Shown here: piece after piece, positions 27,974 to 36,538 of the stretch
How positions within the stretch are numbered: position 1 is the first letter of the stretch
Layout: the number at the start of each line of letters is the position of its first letter
Source: Bacteroidales bacterium
GTDB lineage: Bacteria; Bacteroidota; Bacteroidia; Bacteroidales; UBA932
Direction: 5' to 3'
Assembly (NCBI GenBank): GCA_015060455.1
Contig: SUYM01000009.1
Coordinates: forward strand, 23,414 to 87,413
DNA: 64,000 nt
The notes under the pieces: generated by a model
What the model saw: only the letters and a program-made list of their open reading frames with translations
The model's database searches: none
Told to the model about the DNA's origin: nothing
Program-made: the position numbers and the translations under genes

Positions 27974-28831
27974 ATGAACAGTCAGGAATACATTGAAGTT
28001 GCGGTCAGAATCACCCCCTTCAGCGAGGAGAATGCTGAAATCGTGACGGCGGAGGTAAGCGAACTTCCGTTCGAATCATTCACAGTGGAAGACCCTTATC
28101 TGAAATGTTACATTCAGAAGGCGGAATACAACCAGCAGGCGCTGAAGGTTGTCCTGAACGGGATATCGGAATACGGATTTGACGTGGAGTTTTCGGCCAA
28201 CCTGATGCCGGCTGTCAACTGGAACGCTCTCTGGGAGAGTCAGTTCACGCCGATTGTCGTGGACGGTCTATGCACCATCAAGGCCTCCTTCCACGAGGGC
28301 TTGAAGCGCACGCGATACAATATAACCATCGACCCGAAGATGGCATTCGGCACAGGACACCACCAGACCACATATATGATGTGCCGCGCTCTTCTGCAAA
28401 ATGAGGAGGCGGTGCGCGGAAAGGCGGTGATGGACATGGGCTGCGGCACTGCCGTGCTTGCAATTCTCGCGGCTAAGATGAAGGCCGCTCATGTATATGG
28501 AATTGACATCGATGCCGTTGCGGCGATTTCAGCATACGACAACGCCCGTCTGAACCGCGTGGGAAAGGTAATAGAGACATATTGCGGCGACGCTTCCCTG
28601 CTTCAACGCAATTCATACGACGTGCTGCTGGCAAACATCAATAGAAACATCCTGCTGCAGGACATACCGACTTATTCCCTGTGCATCCGTCGCGGAGGTC
28701 TGCTGTTTGTCAGCGGATTCTATCTTGAAGACATGCCTATGATTGTGGGTGTGGCGCAGAATGCGGGACTTGAATACGTAAGTCATGACAGCATCGACAA
28801 CTGGTGCTGCATTAAATTCGTGAAGCCATGA
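27974..28831 (+). CDS. prmA: Ribosomal protein L11 methyltransferase
   Basis: IDPKMAFGTGHHQTT, DMGCGTAVL, ANINRNIL. Start moved to ATG 27974 because the longer ORF begins inside a repeat. Confidence 0.95.
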   Translation: MNSQEYIEVAVRITPFSEENAEIVTAEVSELPFESFTVEDPYLKCYIQKAEYNQQALKVVLNGISEYGFDVEFSANLMPAVNWNALWESQFTPIVVDGLCTIKASFHEGLKRTRYNITIDPKMAFGTGHHQTTYMMCRALLQNEEAVRGKAVMDMGCGTAVLAILAAKMKAAHVYGIDIDAVAAISAYDNARLNRVGKVIETYCGDASLLQRNSYDVLLANINRNILLQDIPTYSLCIRRGGLLFVSGFYLEDMPMIVGVAQNAGLEYVSHDSIDNWCCIKFVKP

Positions 28832-28856
28832 CACCTCAAGCAAAAGATATGACAAG

Positions 28857-29441
28857 ATGAAGAGGATATTGATATTATTAGGAATACTTGCGCTGGCTTC
28901 ATGCAAGCCGGAGACCTATCTCGGACCGCTTGACAGCCCGCTCGGTAACTGGAAAGGGGTGGTCAGCAAGTATTATTTCAACGGGGAAAATGTATATGAG
29001 GCACCCGGCTGCACATACAGCGCCATCTCCTTCTACAAGGACAGTCTCTGCTGCATCGAAGGTGTCAAGGGAGCCTTCAAATGGACATACAGCGGGGATT
29101 CGCTTGTGGTTGACACTACTGTCTGGAAGGTGACGGAACTATCCGGCAGGATTATGAATCTGGACTATCTTGGCATTATCGAAAAGCCTGCCGCAGAGCC
29201 TGATGAAGAGGTTGCGGTCACAGGAGACGGTTCGACAGATGACGAGACTCCGATCCCGACTGATCCGGTCACATTCGCCTATCAGGGCCAGACCATCGAA
29301 ACCGACGGGTCAAAATACTGGTATATGAATGCAGACGGAAAGACCGTACCATGCTTCCCTTTGAACGGGACAGCCGAAGACGGATCGGAGACAATACTCT
29401 GCTGGTGGGACACCCGCTCGGACTATTACAATCCGTTCTGA
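28857..29441 (+). CDS. Hypothetical lipoprotein (lipocalin-like N-terminal domain)
   Basis: Lipobox LASC; LGNW motif, GAFKWTYSGDSL. Confidence 0.65.
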   Translation: MKRILILLGILALASCKPETYLGPLDSPLGNWKGVVSKYYFNGENVYEAPGCTYSAISFYKDSLCCIEGVKGAFKWTYSGDSLVVDTTVWKVTELSGRIMNLDYLGIIEKPAAEPDEEVAVTGDGSTDDETPIPTDPVTFAYQGQTIETDGSKYWYMNADGKTVPCFPLNGTAEDGSETILCWWDTRSDYYNPF

Positions 29442-29464
29442 TCTTCGTCTGGGTTTCGTTCTGC

Positions 29465-29968
29465 TTACAGGTTTCGTTCTGCTTCCGGACCTTGTTCTTC
29501 TTCCAGGAAACAGCCGTTGAAGAGGAAGTCATTCTTTGCAACCTCCTTGGAGAACGTACAATATATCATCTCGCATGTTGAGCAGACCCTGCCTTCGTGC
29601 GAGATTTCTGCATCTATGAAGGCGAAATTGCGTTTCATCTCCCTCAGACGCGCACGGATTTCAAGAGGGCCTTTGCCGACAGGAACAGAACTTTTATATC
29701 TGACATTCAGATGCGTGGTCATGCCTGTGGTCTGAAGTTTCCTGCTGACCACCCAGCCACCGACCTCATCCAGAAGCGTCGCCTGAATGCCGCCATGCAG
29801 GGTGCCGATCCAACTCTGATAGTTCAGATGCGGCTCCCAGAGGCATACGATATCCTCTCCGTCCTCATAAAACTCCATCCTGAGTCCGAAAGGATTGCTC
29901 GGGCAGCAGGCAAAACAGTTGTAGCCCTGCTCCTCCATTCCTTCGTACGGATTTCTTATCTTCTTCAT
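29465..29968 (-). CDS. PaaI-family (hotdog) thioesterase
   Basis: CFACCPSNPFGL, LHGGIQATLLDE. Confidence 0.88.
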   Translation of the reverse strand: MKKIRNPYEGMEEQGYNCFACCPSNPFGLRMEFYEDGEDIVCLWEPHLNYQSWIGTLHGGIQATLLDEVGGWVVSRKLQTTGMTTHLNVRYKSSVPVGKGPLEIRARLREMKRNFAFIDAEISHEGRVCSTCEMIYCTFSKEVAKNDFLFNGCFLEEEQGPEAERNL

Positions 29969-29970
29969 GG

Positions 29971-31053
29971 CTATTCCGCAGCTTTGAGACGCTCGGCGTT
30001 TTCGGCGATCTGGAGTTGGTCGAGGACTTCCTGGATGGCTCCGTCCATGAAGACAGGCAGGTTGTACATGGTGTAGTTGATGCGGTGGTCGGTCACGCGG
30101 GACTGAGGGTAATTGTATGTACGTATCTTTGCGGAACGGTCACCGCCTGCGACCATGGTCTTACGCTTTGCTGAGATCTCTGCGAGATATTTCTCGTACT
30201 CCATGTTGTAGAGACGGGTACGGAGTTCGGCGAGTGCCTTGTCAAAGTTCTTGAGTTGGGACTTCTCATCCTGGCACTGCACCACCAGACCTGTCGGGAT
30301 ATGGGTAAGACGGATAGCGGAATATGTAGTGTTCACTGACTGTCCGCCCGGGCCTGACGAGCAGAATGTATCCTTACGGATGTCGTTCATATTCAGTTCG
30401 ATATCGAACTCGTCCGCTTCCGGAAGGACTGCAACCGAAGCGGCAGATGTATGTACGCGGCCCTGGGTCTCGGTCTGAGGCACACGCTGCACGCGGTGTA
30501 CGCCTGACTCATATTTGAGGACTCCATATACGCCCTCTCCTGAAACCTTGCATACGATTTCCTTGAAACCGCCGGCAGCACCCTCGGCCTGGTTGGTAAC
30601 CTCCATTCTCCATCCGCGGGTCTCACAGTACTTTGTGTACATACGGAACAGGTCACCGGCAAATATGGCAGCCTCATCTCCACCAGAACCGCCACGGATC
30701 TCCAGAATAGCGTTCTTGCTGTCCTGAGGGTCAGCAGGTATGAGGAGAAGTTTGATGCGCTCTTCCCATTCAGGGAGCGTTGGCTCTATCTCGGCAATCT
30801 CTTCCTTGGCCATCTCACGAAGATCCTCATCCTTCTCGGTAGCGAGAATTTCCTTTGCCATCTCGTAGTTCTCGAGAATCCTCTTGAACTCGTTACCGGT
30901 CTCGATGATAGGAGTCAGTTCCTTGTACTCCTTGTTGAGTTGGACGAATTTCTTCATATCCGAAATGACCTCAGGGTCAGACAACTGCGCCTGAAGTGAC
31001 TCGTATTTCTCCTGAAGGCCCATTACCTTCTCCAAAAGTGAATTTTCTGCCAT
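29971..31053 (-). CDS. prfA: Peptide chain release factor 1
   Basis: EIRGGSGGDEA, KYESGVHRVQRVPQTE (PxT motif), GGQ, IRTYNYPQSR. Start at ATG 31053, downstream of a TATCTTTG promoter. Confidence 0.97.
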   Translation of the reverse strand: MAENSLLEKVMGLQEKYESLQAQLSDPEVISDMKKFVQLNKEYKELTPIIETGNEFKRILENYEMAKEILATEKDEDLREMAKEEIAEIEPTLPEWEERIKLLLIPADPQDSKNAILEIRGGSGGDEAAIFAGDLFRMYTKYCETRGWRMEVTNQAEGAAGGFKEIVCKVSGEGVYGVLKYESGVHRVQRVPQTETQGRVHTSAASVAVLPEADEFDIELNMNDIRKDTFCSSGPGGQSVNTTYSAIRLTHIPTGLVVQCQDEKSQLKNFDKALAELRTRLYNMEYEKYLAEISAKRKTMVAGGDRSAKIRTYNYPQSRVTDHRINYTMYNLPVFMDGAIQEVLDQLQIAENAERLKAAE

Positions 31054-31073
31054 ATATGGTTTGTTTAAGCGTG

Positions 31074-31081
31074 CAAAGATA
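31074..31081 (-). promoter_or_regulatory. -7 promoter element (TATCTTTG) for prfA
   Basis: Exact Bacteroidetes consensus followed by CAC. Confidence 0.7.
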
Positions 31082-31096
31082 GTAATATTATTTGAT

Positions 31097-31157
31097 AGAT
31101 TTCTCGACTTCGCTCGTAATCGACGAAGTCGCTTGAGCTTTAGCGAAAGAAATGACA
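31097..31157 (-). repeat. Long variant of the TGTC-tagged palindrome with an internal extra hairpin
   Basis: Minus strand tgtcatttc...cgagcgaagtcgagaaatct; internal cgacttcg/cgaagtcg stem. Confidence 0.75.
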
Positions 31158-31161
31158 TGGT

Positions 31162-31887
31162 TTATATGCGAGACGACATCAGATACTCGATGGCAGCCTG
31201 GGCGCAGACGCAGCCGAAGACGGCAGGGATATATGAAATGGTTCCGACCTGCGATTTCTTGTTGCGGTCTTCGCAAGGCACAATCGACTCTTTATCAGGG
31301 AGTTCCTCCGAGAACACCACCTTGAAACCCTTCTTTATGCCCATGTGACGAAGGCGCTTGCGGACGATATATGCCAGAGGACAGTTGAATGACTTGGACA
31401 CATCGGTCAGACGCACCTTCGTGGCATCGAATTTCGCTCCGGCACCCATTGACGAGACGAGCGGAATGCCGCTGTCCATGCAGTATTTTATCAGATGCAG
31501 TTTCGGCGAAAGTGTATCGATTGCATCCACAAGGAAATCTATCTTATATTCTCCAAGCACCTCTGAAGCCTTTTCGGCTTCAAGATACTCCTTTATGACT
31601 GTAAGATCCAGTTCCGGATTTATATCAATCAGACGCTCGGCCAGCATATCACATTTGGGCTTGCCTACTGTCGAATCAAGGGCCAGCAACTGACGGTTCT
31701 TGTTGGTCACTGACACATCGTCGCTGTCGAGAATGATCAGGTGGCCGACTCCTGCGCGCACAATCATCTCCGCAGCATAGCCGCCTACACCGCCGACACC
31801 TATGACGGCTACGGTAGAATTGCGGAAATGGTCAAGCATTTCCTCACCTACAAGCATTGCTGTTCTTTCCTGCCAATCGTATATCAT
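31162..31887 (-). CDS. tcdA: tRNA threonylcarbamoyladenosine dehydratase (ThiF family)
   Basis: GVGGVGG, DSDDVSVTNKNRQ, DAIDT, SSMGAG, GTISYIPAVFG. Confidence 0.9.
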   Translation of the reverse strand: MIYDWQERTAMLVGEEMLDHFRNSTVAVIGVGGVGGYAAEMIVRAGVGHLIILDSDDVSVTNKNRQLLALDSTVGKPKCDMLAERLIDINPELDLTVIKEYLEAEKASEVLGEYKIDFLVDAIDTLSPKLHLIKYCMDSGIPLVSSMGAGAKFDATKVRLTDVSKSFNCPLAYIVRKRLRHMGIKKGFKVVFSEELPDKESIVPCEDRNKKSQVGTISYIPAVFGCVCAQAAIEYLMSSRI

Positions 31888-31900
31888 AATCAATATATTT

Positions 31901-31940
31901 ACAGATCCTTCGACTCCACTTCGTTCCGCTCAGGATGACA
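31901..31940 (-). repeat. TGTC-tagged REP-like palindrome
   Basis: acagatccttcgactccacttcgttccgctcaggatgaca, one mismatch from the serS copy; 13 nt before the tcdA ATG. Confidence 0.9.
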
Positions 31941-31957
31941 GTGCAGTTGTTTAAAAA

Positions 31958-32060
31958 GTCGGCATTAGCCGACCGGCCCGGGCAGGGCCGAAATCCCCCT
32001 AATAGGGGGTGCAGGGGGTTAAGAAGCCTAAGGCAAAAGGTTTGGCTACAAACCTTTTGC
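31958..32060. other. Second array of contiguous short hairpins
   Basis: gtcggc/gccgac, cggccc/gggccg, ccccct/aggggg, gcaaaaggtttg/caaaccttttgc. Confidence 0.6.
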
Positions 32061-32864
32061 TTTTCCTTCGTCCCAGATCGCATCCATCTCCGCGAGGGTC
32101 ATATCCTTGAGATTACGTCCTTTGCGGATGGTCTGCTCTTCAAGATAAGTAAAACGTCTGCGGAATTTCGCACAGGTACGCTCCAGCGCTGTATCCGGAT
32201 TGAGTCCGTAAAGCCTCGCTGCATTGACAGTTGCAAAGAGGAAATCCCCCAACTCGTCCTCAGCGCGGTCATACGCCGCCCTGCGTTCTTCCTCGGACTG
32301 CGCAGCCTCCATAGCATCCAGTTCCGCCTGATACTCTCCCACTTCCTCCTTCACCTTCCCCCAGACATCCTCCTTCTTCTCCCAGTCGAATCCCACTCCG
32401 CGCGCCTTATCCTGCATACGATAGGCCTTCAAAAGCGGCGGAAGTCCGTCAGGCACACCTGAAAGCACGGTCTTGTTGCCGTCCTTCTCCTTGGTCTTGA
32501 GCATCTCCCACTGTTTGATGACATCTTCCGCACCACCGACCTCGGCAGTAGAGAACACATGAGGATGACGATATATAAGTTTATCACACAGGAAATTGAT
32601 GACATCCACTATATCGTAATGCCGCTTCTCCTCCCCTATCTTGGCATAGAACAGCACATGCAGAAGCACGTCCCCGAGTTCCTTCGACAGTTCCCTCTCA
32701 TCTCCGTTGAGAATGGCGCCGTTGAGTTCATATACCTCCTCTATGGTCTGTGGGCGCAGCGACTCATTGGTCTGCTTGCGGTCCCACGGGCATTTCTCCC
32801 TCAATTCATCGAGGACGTCCAGAATGCGTCCGAATGCCTGTAGTTTTTCTTCTCTTGTATGCAT
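32046..32864 (-). CDS. mazG: Nucleoside triphosphate pyrophosphohydrolase MazG
   Basis: LREKCPWDRKQT, EEVYE, ELGDVLLH, RHPHVF, GFDW, ELGDFLF. Confidence 0.96.
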   Translation of the reverse strand: MHTREEKLQAFGRILDVLDELREKCPWDRKQTNESLRPQTIEEVYELNGAILNGDERELSKELGDVLLHVLFYAKIGEEKRHYDIVDVINFLCDKLIYRHPHVFSTAEVGGAEDVIKQWEMLKTKEKDGNKTVLSGVPDGLPPLLKAYRMQDKARGVGFDWEKKEDVWGKVKEEVGEYQAELDAMEAAQSEEERRAAYDRAEDELGDFLFATVNAARLYGLNPDTALERTCAKFRRRFTYLEEQTIRKGRNLKDMTLAEMDAIWDEGKAKGL

Positions 32865-32888
32865 ATCAGTGTTTTTGTAATTCAATTA

Positions 32889-33062
32889 ACAGATCCTTCG
32901 ACTTCGCTCAGGATGACAGTGTGGTGTCCTTCGACTTTGCTCAGGATGACAGTGTGGTGTCCTTCGACTTCGCTCAGGATGACAGTGTGGTGTCCTTCGA
33001 CTTCGTTCAGGATGACAACGGACTGTCATTCTGAACGGAGCGTCGCGGAGTGAAGAATCTGT
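32889..33062. repeat. BIME-like cluster: 4x33-bp tandem TGTC palindromes plus an inverted copy
   Basis: Unit tccttcgacttcgctcaggatgacagtgtggtg starts at 32894, 32927, 32960 and 32993; opposite-orientation copy at 33024-33062. Confidence 0.92.
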
Positions 33063-33081
33063 CACAGATATCAACATGGCA

Positions 33082-33117
33082 CAAAGTTAATAATTATATA
33101 AAAAATAGTTATCTTTG
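33082..33117. promoter_or_regulatory. Divergent -7 promoter elements for mazG (TAACTTTG, minus, 33082-33089) and the CoA-transferase (TATCTTTG, plus, 33110-33117)
   Basis: Both match TAnnTTTG and lie between divergent genes. Confidence 0.65.
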
Positions 33118-33137
33118 AAAGATTAAAACGGACGATT

Positions 33138-34445
33138 ATGTTGAAGGAAATCAAATATGTGACGGCTCAGGAGGCCGTGAAGGTTGTAAAATCCGGGGAC
33201 CATATACATTTGAGCAGTGTGGCCAGCGCGCCGAAACTGCTGATTGACGCATTGTGCGAGAGAGGCCGCAACGGCGAATTGAAGGATGTGCGCATACACC
33301 ATCTTCATACTGAGGGGGCGGCGCCATACTCAGAGCCTGAATTTGAGGGAGTATTCTTCCATCAGGGATTCTTCATCGGTGCCAATGTACGCAAGTCTGT
33401 GCAGGCAGGATATGCCGACTATATACCGGTCTTTCTGAGCGAGACCCAGAAACTTTACAGGTGCGGCGCCCTGCCGTGCGATGTGGCGATGATACAGGTG
33501 TGCCCGCCGGACAAGCATGGATATGTATCCCTGGGAACTTCGGTTGATGCGACCCTTGCCGCCATAGAGTGCGCAAAGACTGTCATAGCGGTAGTCAATA
33601 AGAATGTTCCGCGCGCATGGGGTCAGGCCATGATCCCGATGGATATGATAGATATATTCGTTGAGGGCGACACTCCGCTTGAGCCTGCTCATTTCAGCGA
33701 GCCGAATGAAACTGAAATCGCCATCGGAAAGCATTGTGCGGCGCTTATTGATGACGGGGCGTGTCTGCAGATGGGCATCGGAGCGATTCCTAATGCAGTA
33801 CTTGCACAACTCACCGGACACAAGGACCTCGGAATACACACTGAAATGTTTGCTGACGGGGTGCTCGAACTCGTGGAGAAAGGCGTTATCACCGGAGCGA
33901 ACAAGGTGACTGACAGGGGTAAACTCGTTTCGACCTTCCTCATGGGCTCGCAGAAGGTATATGACTTCATCGATGACAATCCTATGGTGGCGATGATGGA
34001 TGTGGGATATACCAATGACCCTTTCATCATAGCAAAGAACCCGAAGATGACAGCCATCAATTCCGCAGTGCAGATCGATCTCACCGGTCAGGTATGCGCT
34101 GACTCGATAGGCACTAAGTTCTATTCGGGAGTTGGCGGTCAGGTGGATTTTGTATATGGAGCGTCTCTGGCTCCTCAGGGAAAGGCCATCATCGCGATGC
34201 CGTCGTGCACCAACAAGGGTGGCAGCAAGATAGCGCCGACCATCATAGAAGGTGGCGGAGTGGTCACTACCCGTCCTCATGTGCACTATGTCGTGACTGA
34301 GTTCGGAGCGGTGGACCTTTATGGAAAATCAATGCAGGAGCGTGCCAAACTGCTTATAAGCATTGCCCATCCTGACCATCAGGAGGAACTGGACCGTGCG
34401 GCATTCGAGCGTTTCGGCCCGCACTACCATAGTGTAAAAATCTGA
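33138..34445 (+). CDS. Acetyl-CoA hydrolase/CoA-transferase (4-hydroxybutyrate CoA-transferase-like)
   Basis: LQMGIGAIPNAV, LGIHTEM, DLTGQVCADS, GVGGQVDF, IAHPD. Confidence 0.92.
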   Translation: MLKEIKYVTAQEAVKVVKSGDHIHLSSVASAPKLLIDALCERGRNGELKDVRIHHLHTEGAAPYSEPEFEGVFFHQGFFIGANVRKSVQAGYADYIPVFLSETQKLYRCGALPCDVAMIQVCPPDKHGYVSLGTSVDATLAAIECAKTVIAVVNKNVPRAWGQAMIPMDMIDIFVEGDTPLEPAHFSEPNETEIAIGKHCAALIDDGACLQMGIGAIPNAVLAQLTGHKDLGIHTEMFADGVLELVEKGVITGANKVTDRGKLVSTFLMGSQKVYDFIDDNPMVAMMDVGYTNDPFIIAKNPKMTAINSAVQIDLTGQVCADSIGTKFYSGVGGQVDFVYGASLAPQGKAIIAMPSCTNKGGSKIAPTIIEGGGVVTTRPHVHYVVTEFGAVDLYGKSMQERAKLLISIAHPDHQEELDRAAFERFGPHYHSVKI

Positions 34446-34448
34446 CAG

Positions 34449-34490
34449 CAGAATAGCAGACACACTGGTACGAGTGTGTCTGCTATTCTG
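34449..34490. terminator. Perfect 18-bp inverted repeat between convergent genes (probable terminator)
   Basis: cagaatagcagacacact-ggtacg-agtgtgtctgctattctg; no strong T-tract. Confidence 0.55.
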
Positions 34491-35505
34491 TAGAAACTGC
34501 TTTTCGCTTTGCTGTAAGTGCCCGTTGAAATTCACGGGCATTTTTCTTATGCTCGCTGAAGGTCACAGCAAAACGGTGAGTTCCGTCAAAATCGGGGCTT
34601 GCGCAGAAATATATGTAGCCATGCTTGTCCGGATTAAGGACAGCGTCTATACAGGCCTTGGGCGGCACATTGATTGGTGCTGGCGGAAGTCCTGCATATT
34701 TGTATGTATTGTATGGAGAATCCACTGACAGATGCTTCTTGAGGACGCGGTCGAGCGTATAGTCAAAGCAGAAGCATACCGTAGGATCCGCCTGCAGCCT
34801 CATTCCCTTGCGGTAGCGGTTCAGATATACACCTGCGATGAGCGGATACTCGAAAGTCTTCAAGGTCTCCCCGCTGACAATGGAAGCCAGCACTGACACC
34901 TGCATACGCGAAAGTTTCTGGGCCCTGGCCTTCGCATCCCTTTCCTCAGTCCAGAACGCGTCATATTCCTTCTTCATCCTGTCAAATATATCACTGACGG
35001 AGGCTGTCCAATACATCTGATAGGTATCAGGCAGAAAGAGGGCGAAGACATTTTCCGGCGTGAATCCATAGGCGGCAAGAAATTCCGCAGAGTCAAGGGC
35101 AGCGGCAACCGATGCCGAATCCACCATCATCTGGTTGGATATCTTCCTGGCAAGAACTCCTTTTTTGCGGATTGTGCCTGAAAGTGTCAAATTCTGTGGT
35201 GTCTGCCAACCGAAATTCAGCATCCGGGCCACATAAATGCTCGTGAACTCAGGTTTGATGACATATCGTCCCGGCTTTATCTTCGAAGCGACATCTTCCT
35301 TCCTGAAACACCTTGCCAGGCTGCGAGTATTGACCGCAACCTCATCAAGAGAGTCGAGCACCTGCTGTGAGGACATGTCCGGATATACATACAGCACATA
35401 TGAATCAGAGAAATTCGCCCGTCTGTTGTCATTATAATAACGCACGAGAAAGATGGAAGCCAGAGCAAGGAGTGATATTGCGATGATTATTGATATTCGT
35501 TTCAT
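34483..35505 (-). CDS. mltG: Endolytic transglycosylase MltG (YceG)
   Basis: N-terminal TM helix, FLPDTY, LASIVSGE, IAGVYLNR..GMRLQADPT, SPYNTY..GLPP.PI. Confidence 0.95.
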   Translation of the reverse strand: MKRISIIIAISLLALASIFLVRYYNDNRRANFSDSYVLYVYPDMSSQQVLDSLDEVAVNTRSLARCFRKEDVASKIKPGRYVIKPEFTSIYVARMLNFGWQTPQNLTLSGTIRKKGVLARKISNQMMVDSASVAAALDSAEFLAAYGFTPENVFALFLPDTYQMYWTASVSDIFDRMKKEYDAFWTEERDAKARAQKLSRMQVSVLASIVSGETLKTFEYPLIAGVYLNRYRKGMRLQADPTVCFCFDYTLDRVLKKHLSVDSPYNTYKYAGLPPAPINVPPKACIDAVLNPDKHGYIYFCASPDFDGTHRFAVTFSEHKKNAREFQRALTAKRKAVSTE

Positions 35506-35517
35506 GTTGTTTGGTTT

Positions 35518-35546
35518 ACAGATCCTTCACTTCGTTCAGGATGACA
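35518..35546 (-). repeat. TGTC-tagged REP-like palindrome
   Basis: Identical to 295-323; 12 nt before the mltG ATG. Confidence 0.9.
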
Positions 35547-35554
35547 GAGGGACA

Positions 35555-36532
35555 CTATTTGCGGAGTTTCAATATATCACCTTCACGGATCAGACTCGTA
35601 TTTTGAAGACCGTTCAACTTACGCAAGGTCTTCAATCTCATGCCATACCTCTGTGATATTTTCCTAAGCGTCTCACCCTTCTCCACCACATGCATTTCAA
35701 GACCCTTGGCAGCATATTTCTTCTTTTTCTGGACATAGACCACCGTCCCCGGTTCCAGGACAGGCTTTCCTGAGAGATCATTGAATCGGAGAAGTTCACC
35801 CAAGAAGAGATTATTGGACCTCGCTATGCTCTCATAGGTCTCTCCCTCCATTGCATATACGAACTGTACGTCATTTTGAGAATAGACCTGACGGGACAGG
35901 CTGAAACGGAAGACCTCACGGGCAGAGCCATCTACACGTACGGTCTGATCTATCTGAGATGGCGGTAACGGAAGCGTCCGGGAGTCTCCGCTACCCTGAG
36001 CGTCCCCGGAGTTCTGAACACCTTTGGACGGGCGGGTGTCATATTCATGCAACTTATACTGCTCTATGATTCTGATCAGTTTTTCCGGATAGGACGGGTC
36101 TGTCGCATAGCCTGCTTTTTTCAGACCATAGGCCCAAGACTTATAATCGGTTATCTGAAAATCAAACAGGAACTTATATCTGTCTCTGTATCTAAGAAAA
36201 TCAGAATGATCCCGATATGATTCTTCCGGATGGTCATACTTGCGGAAGCACTCCCCTTTCGCATCATCATCATGATACACACGGCCACCCTGCCAGCCGT
36301 TATGACACTTTATGCCGAAGTGATTGTTGCTCTTCACCGCAAGTTGCGAGCATCCTGCACCCGACTCCAGAAGTCCCTGAGCAAGGGTTATGCTCGCCGG
36401 GATACCGCTGCGGTACATTTCTGACACAGCCACGTCCGAATATCGTTGTATATACGAAACATAGTCCTTGTTCTGTGCCTGCGAATACGCAAGGCAGAGC
36501 AGACCAAGCGTGAGAGCAATCAATCTTTTCAT
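35555..36532 (-). CDS. GH73 glucosaminidase/muramidase with LysM domains
   Basis: IPASITLAQGLLESG, NNHFGIKC, GYATDP.Y; two LysM repeats. Confidence 0.93.
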   Translation of the reverse strand: MKRLIALTLGLLCLAYSQAQNKDYVSYIQRYSDVAVSEMYRSGIPASITLAQGLLESGAGCSQLAVKSNNHFGIKCHNGWQGGRVYHDDDAKGECFRKYDHPEESYRDHSDFLRYRDRYKFLFDFQITDYKSWAYGLKKAGYATDPSYPEKLIRIIEQYKLHEYDTRPSKGVQNSGDAQGSGDSRTLPLPPSQIDQTVRVDGSAREVFRFSLSRQVYSQNDVQFVYAMEGETYESIARSNNLFLGELLRFNDLSGKPVLEPGTVVYVQKKKKYAAKGLEMHVVEKGETLRKISQRYGMRLKTLRKLNGLQNTSLIREGDILKLRK

Positions 36533-36538
36533 CTGAAT

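Noticed and set aside
31054-31158. N-terminal extension of RF1 as given in the ORF track
   Set aside because: It runs through a repeat and the TATCTTTG promoter; the conserved protein starts at 31053.
32894-33017. CRISPR array (also 331-425 and 2526-2604)
   Set aside because: The linkers are identical and only a few nt long, there are no unique spacers and no cas genes, and the units are pieces of the dispersed palindrome.
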